DNA of 26,977 bases from an uncultured archaeon. GTDB taxonomy: Archaea; Asgardarchaeota; Lokiarchaeia; Sigyniarchaeales; SOKP01. Below are positions 18,272 to 26,977 of the stretch, one piece after another (positions within the stretch are counted from its first letter, which is position 1; each line of letters starts with the position of its first letter). The notes below the pieces were generated by a model. That model ran no database searches and had not been told where the DNA came from. It worked only from the letters and a program-made list of their open reading frames with translations. The stretch is from contig CAZBPC010000043.1 of assembly GCA_964493715.1 (NCBI GenBank), positions 1-26,977 on the forward strand, given 5' to 3'. The translations under genes and the position numbers were made by a program.

Positions 18272-19678
18272 ATGAGTGAAGAAAAATTACCCTTTAAAAA
18301 AAAAATATTTTTTGCTCTTTCAGCAATCCCAGACCAGATGGTATATCAATTTTTCAATCTCTTCGTATTTACTTATTACTTCGCTGTTGTAAATTTGGGC
18401 ACGGTTCCGGTAATGATTGGATTCATTGTTTGGAGCTTATGGAATAGTATTAATGATCCATTGCTTGGAGGTCTCTCTGAAAGAACAAGACATAGGGGAA
18501 AATTAGGTAAACGAAAATTCTATTTAGTAATAACAATCATTCCATTATCACTAATGATGATCTTTTTATTTACCGTTCCTTTTGTAGAGAGTGAAAAACT
18601 TCTACAATATATTTATTTCCTTTTCATAATAATGTTATTTGAATTTTTCTACACCTTATGGGACGTGAATGTAAATGCATTATTCCCGGAAATGTTTCCA
18701 ACGGAGCATCAACGAGCGCAAACAAATGTTTTTGTTAAGGCTTTAACTGTCATTGGTATCATTTTTGCAAGCCTTCCTTCTCTCCTATTTTCTCCATTAG
18801 TACCAACTGAAACAACTACTCCTGCTGAACTTGTTATAATTAAAAATAACTATATTCTAGGCGGATTAATGGTTGCCGTGATAACTATTATTACGGCAGT
18901 ACCTTTCATATTAAAGGGAATTCATGAAAAAGAAGAAGGACAAGAAATATTTGAAAAAAGGCCTTCATTTTCCGAGTCTCTTAAAATAACCATTAAAAAT
19001 AAGACATTTCTTAAATTTACATTCAGTAATATGCTTGTTTGGTATGTTTTTAACACGTTAATAATGATTCTACCATTGTATGCGTCCTATATCCTTGGTG
19101 TAGATCAAGGGTTCATAATTACTATATCTTTAGCTTCAGCATTAATTGTTGCTGCATTATTACTCCCATTGCATATGAGACTTGGAAAAAAACTGGGTAT
19201 GCGAAATGCTTTTATGCTTACTTTAGGAATATGGATCATCTTATTGTTTTTCTTTGTCCTAATGAGACCCGGTGACATAATCCCAGGGATTATAGTAACT
19301 GCTATTCAAGGAATATCATTATCAGGTGCTCTTTTTTATGTTGATATATTACATGGTGATGTGATTGATGAAGATGCTATAAAATTTGGTGTAAAACGAT
19401 CTGCAAGCTTTTATGGTGTTAACGCGTTTATTCATAGATTTTCTACCATATTTGCTATCTTGACTATCGGAATTGTTTTCCAAGGAACATCATGGGCTAA
19501 TAATTATGTACCTAATATACCTCCTAACCAAGTGGAAATTGCAATTAAAACAATAATGTTCGTTTTTCCTGCAATCGGATGTTTTATAGCAATTTTAATT
19601 TTATCCCGATACCCATTACACGGCGAGAAACTTCAAAGAATGCGTGAGGAATTAAAAGAACATCCATATCTACAATAA
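18272..19678 (+). CDS. MFS transporter, GPH/MelB-like (glycoside-pentoside-hexuronide) family
   Basis: WNSINDPLLGGLSERT...GKRK, ALFPEMF...R, GDVIDED...GVKRSASFYG and RYPL; about 12 TM. Confidence 0.88.
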   Translation: MSEEKLPFKKKIFFALSAIPDQMVYQFFNLFVFTYYFAVVNLGTVPVMIGFIVWSLWNSINDPLLGGLSERTRHRGKLGKRKFYLVITIIPLSLMMIFLFTVPFVESEKLLQYIYFLFIIMLFEFFYTLWDVNVNALFPEMFPTEHQRAQTNVFVKALTVIGIIFASLPSLLFSPLVPTETTTPAELVIIKNNYILGGLMVAVITIITAVPFILKGIHEKEEGQEIFEKRPSFSESLKITIKNKTFLKFTFSNMLVWYVFNTLIMILPLYASYILGVDQGFIITISLASALIVAALLLPLHMRLGKKLGMRNAFMLTLGIWIILLFFFVLMRPGDIIPGIIVTAIQGISLSGALFYVDILHGDVIDEDAIKFGVKRSASFYGVNAFIHRFSTIFAILTIGIVFQGTSWANNYVPNIPPNQVEIAIKTIMFVFPAIGCFIAILILSRYPLHGEKLQRMREELKEHPYLQ

Positions 19679-20154
19679 ATTAACTCTTTTTTCCTTTATC
19701 TTTTTTCTACTTTAGTTTTAAAAAAAATTTCTAAATTTGAACTAAACCTTAATTTTCTTCTTTCCGACAATAGCACTTGTTGTTTCAATTCTTTGCTTTA
19801 AATTCCATGACTTATATTGCGAAAAACTCGAGAATATGAGAAAATTATTAAAAAAGACCCTAATCTATCATTGAATTAATTATAATATTTTTCTTTTTTT
19901 TATTTTCATATTTTAACCATTCACAATTTCAAAAAAACATGCATTTACCATTCAAATTCTTCTTAACATTATCTTTCTGCTAAAATTCATCTGATTATTA
20001 AATTATAAATTATCTACTAAGAACTCTTTTTTTCTTTTCTTCAAGATTATTAAATTTTAATAATTCATAGAAAAAATTTTTATATAACATCTCAAACTGT
20101 ATCTCTTTGATCCAAATCATATTTTTAAAAAAACAAATTATAACGGTTTTAAAT

Positions 20155-20934
20155 ATGGAAAGAAATAAAAAAATAGTACTACAAATTTTAAATCTTGTTA
20201 CCTTCATAGCAGTTGTAATTATTAATTTTTTAGCTGTTGCATTACCTCTTGGTAATGGTACCACTCAGGAATTATCTGATGCCATTCCTAACTTATTTGT
20301 ACCCGCGGGACTTACATTTTCAATCTGGGGAATTATTTATATACTTTTAGGTATATTTTCAGTTTACCAAGCAAGGGATATCTTTAAATCGGAAAAAATT
20401 GAAATGCCATATTTGGAGAAAGTGAGTTATTTCTTTATTATTAGTAATCTAGGTAATTTTTTTTGGATTCTATTATGGCAATATCAAATCATATCATTTT
20501 CCTTAATAGCCATGCTTGTAATATTAGTATCTTTGCTTTTAATATATTTAAGATTAGGTATTGGAAAAGCCGACGTGTCCAGAACTGAAAAAGGAGTTGT
20601 TCATGCACCATTTAGTGTATATTTAGGCTGGATAACGGTTGCAACAATTGCAAATGTTACTGCGGTATTAGTAGCTAGTTTTGGTGTTCCAAGTTATGGA
20701 TTACTACCCGAGATATTAACCATTCTTGTCATTATTGTTGCGGTTTTAATAACCTATTTAATGTTGTTTTTAAGAAAAGATTGGGTATATAGTTTAGTAA
20801 TAATTTGGGCCTTGTTCGGCATTTATTTAAAGCAAAGCACGTTAAATTTTACGATAGGTACAACAGCTCTAATTGCTACAATTGTAGTGGCTTTAGGAGT
20901 TATTTATACTGGTTTTAAATTAATCAAAAAATAA
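20155..20934 (+). CDS. TspO/MBR-related (tryptophan-rich sensory) membrane protein
   Basis: NLFVPAGLTFSIWGIIY, PFSVYLGWITVATIAN and VIIWALFGI; about 8 TM. ATG 20155 is preferred over TTG 20107. Confidence 0.75.
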   Translation: MERNKKIVLQILNLVTFIAVVIINFLAVALPLGNGTTQELSDAIPNLFVPAGLTFSIWGIIYILLGIFSVYQARDIFKSEKIEMPYLEKVSYFFIISNLGNFFWILLWQYQIISFSLIAMLVILVSLLLIYLRLGIGKADVSRTEKGVVHAPFSVYLGWITVATIANVTAVLVASFGVPSYGLLPEILTILVIIVAVLITYLMLFLRKDWVYSLVIIWALFGIYLKQSTLNFTIGTTALIATIVVALGVIYTGFKLIKK

Positions 20935-20959
20935 TTTTTTCCTTTTTTTTTTTGAATTT
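20935..20959. terminator. Oligo-T terminator between convergent genes
   Basis: Long T tracts (ttttttccttttttttttt) immediately after the stop at 20934. Confidence 0.45.
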
Positions 20960-23296
20960 TTAGCAAGAGTTTATATTATTATAACAAAATCTCGATATGA
21001 TATCATTTTGGACTGCTTTGGGGAGATCTATAAATCTTGCACTATAACCTGAGACTCGAACCATTAAATCTCTGAATAATTCTGGAGAATTTTGTGCTTT
21101 AATCAATGTTTCAGCAGATATAGAATTAAATTGAATATGTAATCCTCCTCTCTTAAAATATGTTTTTAATAAGGCGATAAAGATATCTCCATCATCAATT
21201 TCGGCTATTTTAGGATCGATGTTTAATGTACAAGCTAATCCATTGGAAAATAATGAGTGATCAAGTTTCGTAACACTTTTAATCGTAGCAGTTAATCCTT
21301 CTCCTCTACTACTCCCTGGGGCAACATCTTTAATGAGTGGAGTACCTTTCTTCCTTCCAGATGGTAATGCCCCTGTGAACATGCCAAATCCGATGTTTGT
21401 TGTCATGGCATGAACTCCTACTCGGTATTCTCCTCCCCGAGTACACTTGAATCCTTGTATTGCTTCACGAATGATATCTGCTAATTTCTCTGCTAACAGA
21501 TCTGCTTCATCGTCATCAGATCCATATTTTGGACATTTATTCAGCAAATAAGATCTCAATTCCTTGTTTCCCCTGAAATTATTTTTAAGAGCTGAAATTA
21601 ACGTTTTCAAAGAGACAATCTTTTTATCAAAAATAGCATGATTGATAGCTGCTAAAGAATCTGCTACATCTGAAAAGCCAGTCAAGTGAATACCTGAGAA
21701 ATTATATTTTGCAGAACCTTTATTAACGTCAATTCCTTTCTCAAAACTTCCTCTAACACATAGAGTCATCAAAGGAGTCGGTTTAAGTTCAATATGAGCT
21801 TGTTGATATGCATTAGCAGCGGTAATTGCCATTTCCATGACTTTTCTAAGTTTATTTTTATAACTAGTTAAAATGTCATTAATCGTGGTAAATTTTTCAA
21901 TTTCTGTCTCAAGGGGTATCGAATCCTTCAAAATTGTGTCTTCTGTACCTAATGTAAGTTCCAAGGCTTTTGGTAAATTTAGAAATATAGCACCGGTATT
22001 ATCAAATGATAACCCTGAAGTAGAAAGTCCCACGCATCCGACAATCCCATAATTGCGTGCGTCTTCAAGCGGAATTCCATCATTTGTTAATGCTTGAATT
22101 GCGGTTTTATCATTATATAATCCAATTATATTTTTTCCATTAGCTATTATATTTGAAATATTTCGATATAGTTTATCTGGAGTATTTTCATGACATCTTA
22201 TCACAACATTCGGACTTGGAACGGCTGTTAATTCATGAGCTTTTAAAAATAAATAAGTGAGGTCATTAGTAGCATCATTGCCATTCACATCGACCCCTCC
22301 TATAACCACTCCTTGAGTCGTAGCCATTCCTCCGAAATATTGAGTTGCTACAGTGTCATATAGAGCAACAATCTCATTTGTTTTCAAAAGTAAGTTTATA
22401 AAGAGTTTTAAAGCTTCTGTCTCGTCTCCTTTATAATATTTTAATAAATATTGGTCTAATCTCCCAAAAGATATTCCATGCTCGAAATTTTCCAAGTGTA
22501 GTGCCAGATGAATAAACCAAATAAATTGGAGCGCCTCAAGCATGCTTCTAGGGGGATTTTCAGGCACATGCTTGCATGTATTAGCAATTTTAATCAATTC
22601 TGCCTTTCTTATAGGATCAGATTCTTCTAGTGAAAGTTTAATCGCTTGTTCACTAAATTTGTTGGCGTATTGGATGATTGCTTTAATTAGGATTTTTACT
22701 GACTTGTAAAAAGCTATTTTTTCATCAACACGTGTTTTGATTCCAATTTGCTTAGATAATTCTTCTAAATGTTTATTAGATGCATCCAAATAGAACCTCA
22801 ATCCATTTTCGAGCAAACGTTCATAATCTATGACAGCGTGAGCAATACCTCCTCCTTCTGTAGAAACATAAGCTACCCCTCTATATAAGACATCAAAAAT
22901 ATTTTTAGGAGCCACTTCATCAGCATAAACTTGTACACAATTGTTATTAAAAAAGGGAGCGATTTTTTCTTTCATTAATTTTATATCTTCTTCTGTTATA
23001 TTTATTGGATTAACCTCTCTTTTTGAAAGGAAATCTAATTCTCTCATTATCCTAAGTCCAGTTGCCTCAGGTCTAGGGATTGCAACAGGTACCATCTCAT
23101 CGAAAGTTCCAACAATCATTTCATCAGGTCTAATAACGATAGGCAGGCTCTCTAATGCATATCTTAACCCCTTAGCTTGCTTGATCAAAATCGGTAAACT
23201 GGGCATTTCTTCTAGTGCTTTCATGTAAGATAAAGGCACGGACAAAGAAATGGATGGATCTTTCCGAACTAAATTATTTAGAAGATTAGTAGTCAA
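20960..23296 (-). CDS. Glycyl radical enzyme (PFL2/PflD-like family), function unknown
   Basis: C-terminal VRVSGYS radical Gly (codon 21047-21049), HIQFN, SFGRLDQYL, GALPSGR and a single-Cys loop IVGCVG (Cys codon 22034-22036); TTG start. Confidence 0.92.
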   Translation of the reverse strand: MTTNLLNNLVRKDPSISLSVPLSYMKALEEMPSLPILIKQAKGLRYALESLPIVIRPDEMIVGTFDEMVPVAIPRPEATGLRIMRELDFLSKREVNPINITEEDIKLMKEKIAPFFNNNCVQVYADEVAPKNIFDVLYRGVAYVSTEGGGIAHAVIDYERLLENGLRFYLDASNKHLEELSKQIGIKTRVDEKIAFYKSVKILIKAIIQYANKFSEQAIKLSLEESDPIRKAELIKIANTCKHVPENPPRSMLEALQFIWFIHLALHLENFEHGISFGRLDQYLLKYYKGDETEALKLFINLLLKTNEIVALYDTVATQYFGGMATTQGVVIGGVDVNGNDATNDLTYLFLKAHELTAVPSPNVVIRCHENTPDKLYRNISNIIANGKNIIGLYNDKTAIQALTNDGIPLEDARNYGIVGCVGLSTSGLSFDNTGAIFLNLPKALELTLGTEDTILKDSIPLETEIEKFTTINDILTSYKNKLRKVMEMAITAANAYQQAHIELKPTPLMTLCVRGSFEKGIDVNKGSAKYNFSGIHLTGFSDVADSLAAINHAIFDKKIVSLKTLISALKNNFRGNKELRSYLLNKCPKYGSDDDEADLLAEKLADIIREAIQGFKCTRGGEYRVGVHAMTTNIGFGMFTGALPSGRKKGTPLIKDVAPGSSRGEGLTATIKSVTKLDHSLFSNGLACTLNIDPKIAEIDDGDIFIALLKTYFKRGGLHIQFNSISAETLIKAQNSPELFRDLMVRVSGYSARFIDLPKAVQNDIISRFCYNNINSC

Positions 23297-23431
23297 TTGT
23301 ATCTCTTAAAATAAGTAAGTATTAAGGAAAGAAGAAATTGAGAATATAAAAATCTTTATACTATTTTACAAAATAAGGTATCAAACAAAATCAGATAATA
23401 ATAAGATTATGAATGTATAAGATAAAAAATA

Positions 23432-23908
23432 TTAGATTAATTCATATCCACAATTTGTACAAAATTGATGAGATTCCCCGTGTCTAGCACCGCAATTTGG
23501 ACAAAACAACGTATTGTTATAAATTGGATTCACTTTAGGAAATTTTTGTGGCTGTACTCTTGGAACTTGAATTTGATTTTGAGGTTGATTTTGAGAAAAA
23601 TTTTTCTGCTTTTGATAATATTTTGCAGTCTTTCTACAGCAAGACATAGTATAGCAACATATAATAAAGATTATAAAGAAAAAGATCAAAGGAATTAATT
23701 GGCTAATCAACATATATGTATAGTAGGGATCTTCTACAATGTAATATGGGTCATTAGTATAGTAATAAAAATTTATGTAGAATGAGACACCAGACATAAT
23801 AAATACGAAAATACAAATAAGAACCCCGAATAAAGCTAGTACGAAAAGGGATATTGCTTGTTTTGGAGTTAATGTAAACCCAAACCACGTTGGAGGGCTT
23901 CTTGTCAT
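23432..23908 (-). CDS. Membrane protein with 2 TM helices, Q/P-rich linker and C-terminal zinc ribbon
   Basis: Two hydrophobic helices, a QNQPQNQIQVPRVQPQ linker, and FCPNCG...FCTNCG. Confidence 0.8.
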   Translation of the reverse strand: MTRSPPTWFGFTLTPKQAISLFVLALFGVLICIFVFIMSGVSFYINFYYYTNDPYYIVEDPYYTYMLISQLIPLIFFFIIFIICCYTMSCCRKTAKYYQKQKNFSQNQPQNQIQVPRVQPQKFPKVNPIYNNTLFCPNCGARHGESHQFCTNCGYELI

Positions 23909-24045
23909 TATTTTACCCTAATAAATATTTTTTATTATTATGGATCAATGGTAAAACGAGCTTTATAAATCTTTTTACATGGATGTAAATTGTATTAATT
24001 AATTCTGATATATCATAATAATAACTAAAATAAAAAAAGAAGATT

Positions 24046-24840
24046 TTACATTTTCTTGGATTGGTCTATCCAATTTTTTATATCTACTAATGTAGGTAGA
24101 TTTCTGATAACATTTGGCTTATTTTTATCTAATTCTACTATCTTATCGAGAATTGCTTGAGGGGTTCTTCTAGCAAATTCTTTTACGGAATCGACTCCAA
24201 TTTGATTTAGAGCATCAGCATATTCTGGACCAATTCCTTCAATTTTCATTAAATTTGCGTGTTCTTGCCATTTATCAATCAGAGCTGCTGATAATTTGGT
24301 TTTTAACGCTACCTCTTTTATATTCGCTTTTGTCAATGCCATTAAATCTTCCAATTTTTCGATTCCTGCTTTTATTTTTAATATTTTCGCATATTTCGGA
24401 CCAATACCTTCAATATCGATAATGTTCATTTTGGGAGTTTTCTTCTGTTTCTTCACTTCATAAAGATCTTTTGCATCTTTTATCCAGGACTCTATTTGAG
24501 CATTAGTAGGAGGCTTTCTTATCACGTTTGGTCTTTTTTTGTCAAAAGCTTTTATTTTCTCTAGCGTGCTTTGCGCATTTCTTTTTGATAATTCTTTAAC
24601 AGAATCGATCCCGATTTTATTTAATACTTCTGCAAATTCAGGACCTATTCCTTTTAGAGAAATCAAATCTGCTTGCTCTTGCCACTTATCAATCAATTTA
24701 GAAGAGATTCTTGTTTTTTTTGCTAATTCATTGATTTCTTCCCAAGTAAGTTTTGATAAATCTTTCACCTCAGCATATCCTGCTCGTGCTAATTTTCCAG
24801 CATATTTTTTACCAATTCCTTCAATTTCTATAACTTTCAT
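24046..24840 (-). CDS. Tandem DUF4332 (helix-hairpin-helix) protein
   Basis: Two ~125-aa repeats, each with IEGIG(K/P)KYA...KWQE.A.L...GIGPE(F/Y)A..LN.IG.DSVKE...PNVIR..PT...WI. Confidence 0.85.
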   Translation of the reverse strand: MKVIEIEGIGKKYAGKLARAGYAEVKDLSKLTWEEINELAKKTRISSKLIDKWQEQADLISLKGIGPEFAEVLNKIGIDSVKELSKRNAQSTLEKIKAFDKKRPNVIRKPPTNAQIESWIKDAKDLYEVKKQKKTPKMNIIDIEGIGPKYAKILKIKAGIEKLEDLMALTKANIKEVALKTKLSAALIDKWQEHANLMKIEGIGPEYADALNQIGVDSVKEFARRTPQAILDKIVELDKNKPNVIRNLPTLVDIKNWIDQSKKM

Positions 24841-24982
24841 GATTAATCGCCTATAATTTGAATATAGTATAACAGTAGTAAATTAAGAATAGATAAATGT
24901 TTTTAAATAAATTTCGATGATATTTTATAAAATTCTGGAGATCGTTCTAATCTAGAAATAAGTAATAGAATTAGTTGTTATT

Positions 24983-25897
24983 TTAATTCAGACCTAGCAT
25001 TTGTTTTGCTTCATCTACTGAAGCCACATCTCTCCCAATTTCATTAGCTATACGAACCATCCTTTTCACTAATTGGGCATTACCTTCAGCAAGCTCTCCT
25101 TTTTGATAATAAATCGTATCTTCTAATCCTGTTCTTACATTAGCACCCATGCACATCGCTGCTACTGTAGTTCTTAAATTATATTTGCCAACTGTAACAA
25201 CTTGCCATGTAGAACTTTCTGGAATTTGATTAACCATGTGCATGAGGTTTTCCATTGTTGCAGGAGCACCTCCTTTAATACCTAAAACAATGGAAAAATG
25301 TAATGGTGGTTTTAATAATCCTGTTTCGACAAATTCTAAAACATTAGAAATATGACTCGAATCATAGACCTCAATTTCTAACCCAAATCCCTTTTTATTG
25401 CATCTTTTGATATATTTACGGTTGAACTCTTGAGGGTTCTTGAACAATGATCCTCCGTATGGTGTCCTAAATTCGAATGAACCTGAATTAATGGTGTGCA
25501 TTTCAGGTTCAGGATCAATATTAAGGAGATTTAAACGCTCTTCTAAGCCCGGTTGTATGATTTCTGTAGTCATCCGTTTTTTTCCAGATTTAGTAGTAAA
25601 ATGATGTTCAAGCACACGAGCTCCAATACCATTTCCTATCTGTCTTATGATTGGACACTTTTCACCAATCAATTTCATGGTTTTATTATAATATTTCAGA
25701 TCTGGAGTATTTTGTCCATCATCTGAGCGAACATGGATGTGAACAATAGATGCTCCTGTTTCATAACATTCGAATGCAGCTTGAGCTTGTTCTTCAGCCG
25801 TGATTGGTAAAGATGGATTTGCCCATTTTCCGTGAATACCTCCTGTAATCGCTGCTGTAATTATCAGTTTTTTATCCGTAAGAAAATCCACTATCAT
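24983..25897 (-). CDS. Beta-keto acid cleavage enzyme (BKACE/DUF849, Kce-like)
   Basis: IITAAITG, LPITAEEQA, GASIVHIHVR (Zn His-x-His), EIEVYD, VRTGLED (Zn Glu) and NAQLVKR. Confidence 0.92.
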   Translation of the reverse strand: MIVDFLTDKKLIITAAITGGIHGKWANPSLPITAEEQAQAAFECYETGASIVHIHVRSDDGQNTPDLKYYNKTMKLIGEKCPIIRQIGNGIGARVLEHHFTTKSGKKRMTTEIIQPGLEERLNLLNIDPEPEMHTINSGSFEFRTPYGGSLFKNPQEFNRKYIKRCNKKGFGLEIEVYDSSHISNVLEFVETGLLKPPLHFSIVLGIKGGAPATMENLMHMVNQIPESSTWQVVTVGKYNLRTTVAAMCMGANVRTGLEDTIYYQKGELAEGNAQLVKRMVRIANEIGRDVASVDEAKQMLGLN

Positions 25898-26061
25898 TTT
25901 ATACGCCTAAATAAATATTGTTTCTTTTTTTAGTAATCAATAATTAATGATTCATTTATTTATATTTTTAATAAAAAAAAAGAAGCTCATTTGGAAAGGA
26001 ATAAATTTCTTTATTTATTTATAAATGTATTTTTGGTAAAGAGAGAAAGGATATTTAAAAC

Positions 26062-26977
26062 ATGGCAGATGTTAATACCGTTTTTCTGATTTCTCTAACG
26101 ATCATTGCAATTGGATATTTTTTAAAAAGAACAAAAGTTTTAACCGAAGAAAATGGGGATGTTATTGCTAAAATTATTTTTAACCTGACGTTGCCAGCAG
26201 TTATCCTCAAGGTTACAAGTGCGATTCAATTCGAGTTAACGTTGATTTTATTACCATTAATCAATATTCTTTTTGGTATCTTTATGGTATTTATTGGATT
26301 AATTTTTTTTAAAAAATATCCAAGGAACGCAAAAGGAATCCTTTTAATGTCAATCATAGGATTTAATATAGCAAATTTTTCATTCCCTTTAATTGAAGGA
26401 ATTTGGGGCGAAGTTGGTCTTCAATTAATCGCCATGATAGATGCTGGAAACGCGGTATCGATATTTATCACGTGCTTTACAATGGGAAGGATTTATTCCT
26501 CAAAAAATAATGATGAAAAAACCGCAATTACTTTTAAGAATACGTTTTCGAGTTTATTAAAATCAGTGCCCTTAATTAGCTACGTCTTGGCAATTATAAT
26601 TAACTTTTCGGGCTTGACATTACCATTCTTTTTGATTAATTTGATTGATATTGTGAGTAGAGCAAATTCTCCCTTGGCATTATTAATATTAGGTGTTTTT
26701 TTAAACTTTAAATTTCAAAAGGATCAGTGGATGATGATTGGAAAATCCTTGTTAATTCGCTACAGTCTAGGATTATCTTGTGGCTTAATATTATATTTCC
26801 TCTTACCGGCAACATTTTTTAGTCAATTATTTAGAATAATCATTGCAATTTCACTAATTTTGCCCGTGGGTCTTGCAGTAATTCCATTTTCAGTAGAATT
26901 AGAATATGAAAAAAAAGTTATCACTATAATTGTAAATCTGTCAATCCTCATTAGTTTTGGTTTAATGTGGATTTTAA
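26062..26977 (+). CDS. AEC (auxin efflux carrier/malate permease-like) family transporter, 3' end truncated by the window
   Basis: Not in the ORF track because it has no stop. Manual translation gives MADVNTVFLISLTIIAIGYFLKRTK...IIFNLTLPAVIL...GFNIANFSFPLIEGIWG...ANSPLALLILG...LPVG. The frame is open to the window end. Confidence 0.88.
   Translation, partial: MADVNTVFLISLTIIAIGYFLKRTKVLTEENGDVIAKIIFNLTLPAVILKVTSAIQFELTLILLPLINILFGIFMVFIGLIFFKKYPRNAKGILLMSIIGFNIANFSFPLIEGIWGEVGLQLIAMIDAGNAVSIFITCFTMGRIYSSKNNDEKTAITFKNTFSSLLKSVPLISYVLAIIINFSGLTLPFFLINLIDIVSRANSPLALLILGVFLNFKFQKDQWMMIGKSLLIRYSLGLSCGLILYFLLPATFFSQLFRIIIAISLILPVGLAVIPFSVELEYEKKVITIIVNLSILISFGLMWIL

Noticed and set aside
19679-20154. 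475-bp AT-rich intergenic region as a possible ncRNA or gene remnant (minus-strand stretch ...WNLKQRIETTSAIVGKKKIKV*)
   Set aside because: No GC-rich stems, no start codon for the stretch, and no recognisable family.
20960-23296. Calling the glycyl radical enzyme pyruvate formate-lyase (pflB)
   Set aside because: It lacks the adjacent Cys-Cys pair that PFL requires.
261-24856. Short ORF-track entries overlapping larger genes (e.g. 261-473, 979-1191, 1043-1261, 2864-3046, 5551-5841, 6981-7574, 8494-8703, 10255-10740, 12158-12388, 13104-13328, 13815-14021, 15316-15690, 16771-17013, 20010-20264, 22941-23228, 23465-23698, 24539-24856)
   Set aside because: Antisense or alternate-frame shadows of well-supported genes, with no recognisable motifs.

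Overview
AT-rich archaeal DNA, most likely from an Asgard archaeon (Lokiarchaeia-like). This is inferred from the style of the TFB, GGTGA/GAGG ribosome-binding motifs, oligo-T terminators and a Loki-type Ig-like repeat remnant. The window holds about 21 intact genes: nitroreductase, a canonical TFB, a membrane protein, a highly divergent TFB-like protein, two tandem P-type ATPases, a GNAT, a DUF362 Fe-S protein, an HDAC-family deacetylase, SDR-type threonine dehydrogenase with Kbl, two MFS transporters, a PK_C/DUF1867 protein, a HemG-like flavodoxin, a TspO-like protein, a glycyl radical enzyme, a zinc-ribbon membrane protein, a double DUF4332 protein, a BKACE enzyme and a 3'-truncated AEC transporter. 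I saw no rRNA, tRNA, CRISPR array or mobile element. The most striking signal is the P-type ATPase pair. Both have a P2A/SERCA-like catalytic scaffold, but the M4 PEGL motif is replaced by PINL/PINI (Ile at the E309 position, as in the PISL motif of eukaryotic P4 lipid flippases) and the M6 ion-binding Asp by His, which implies an uncharacterised substrate. Other oddities are a glycyl radical enzyme with a GCVG Cys loop and no adjacent activase, and a 38-nt near-copy of the kbl PLP-motif codons just downstream of kbl.
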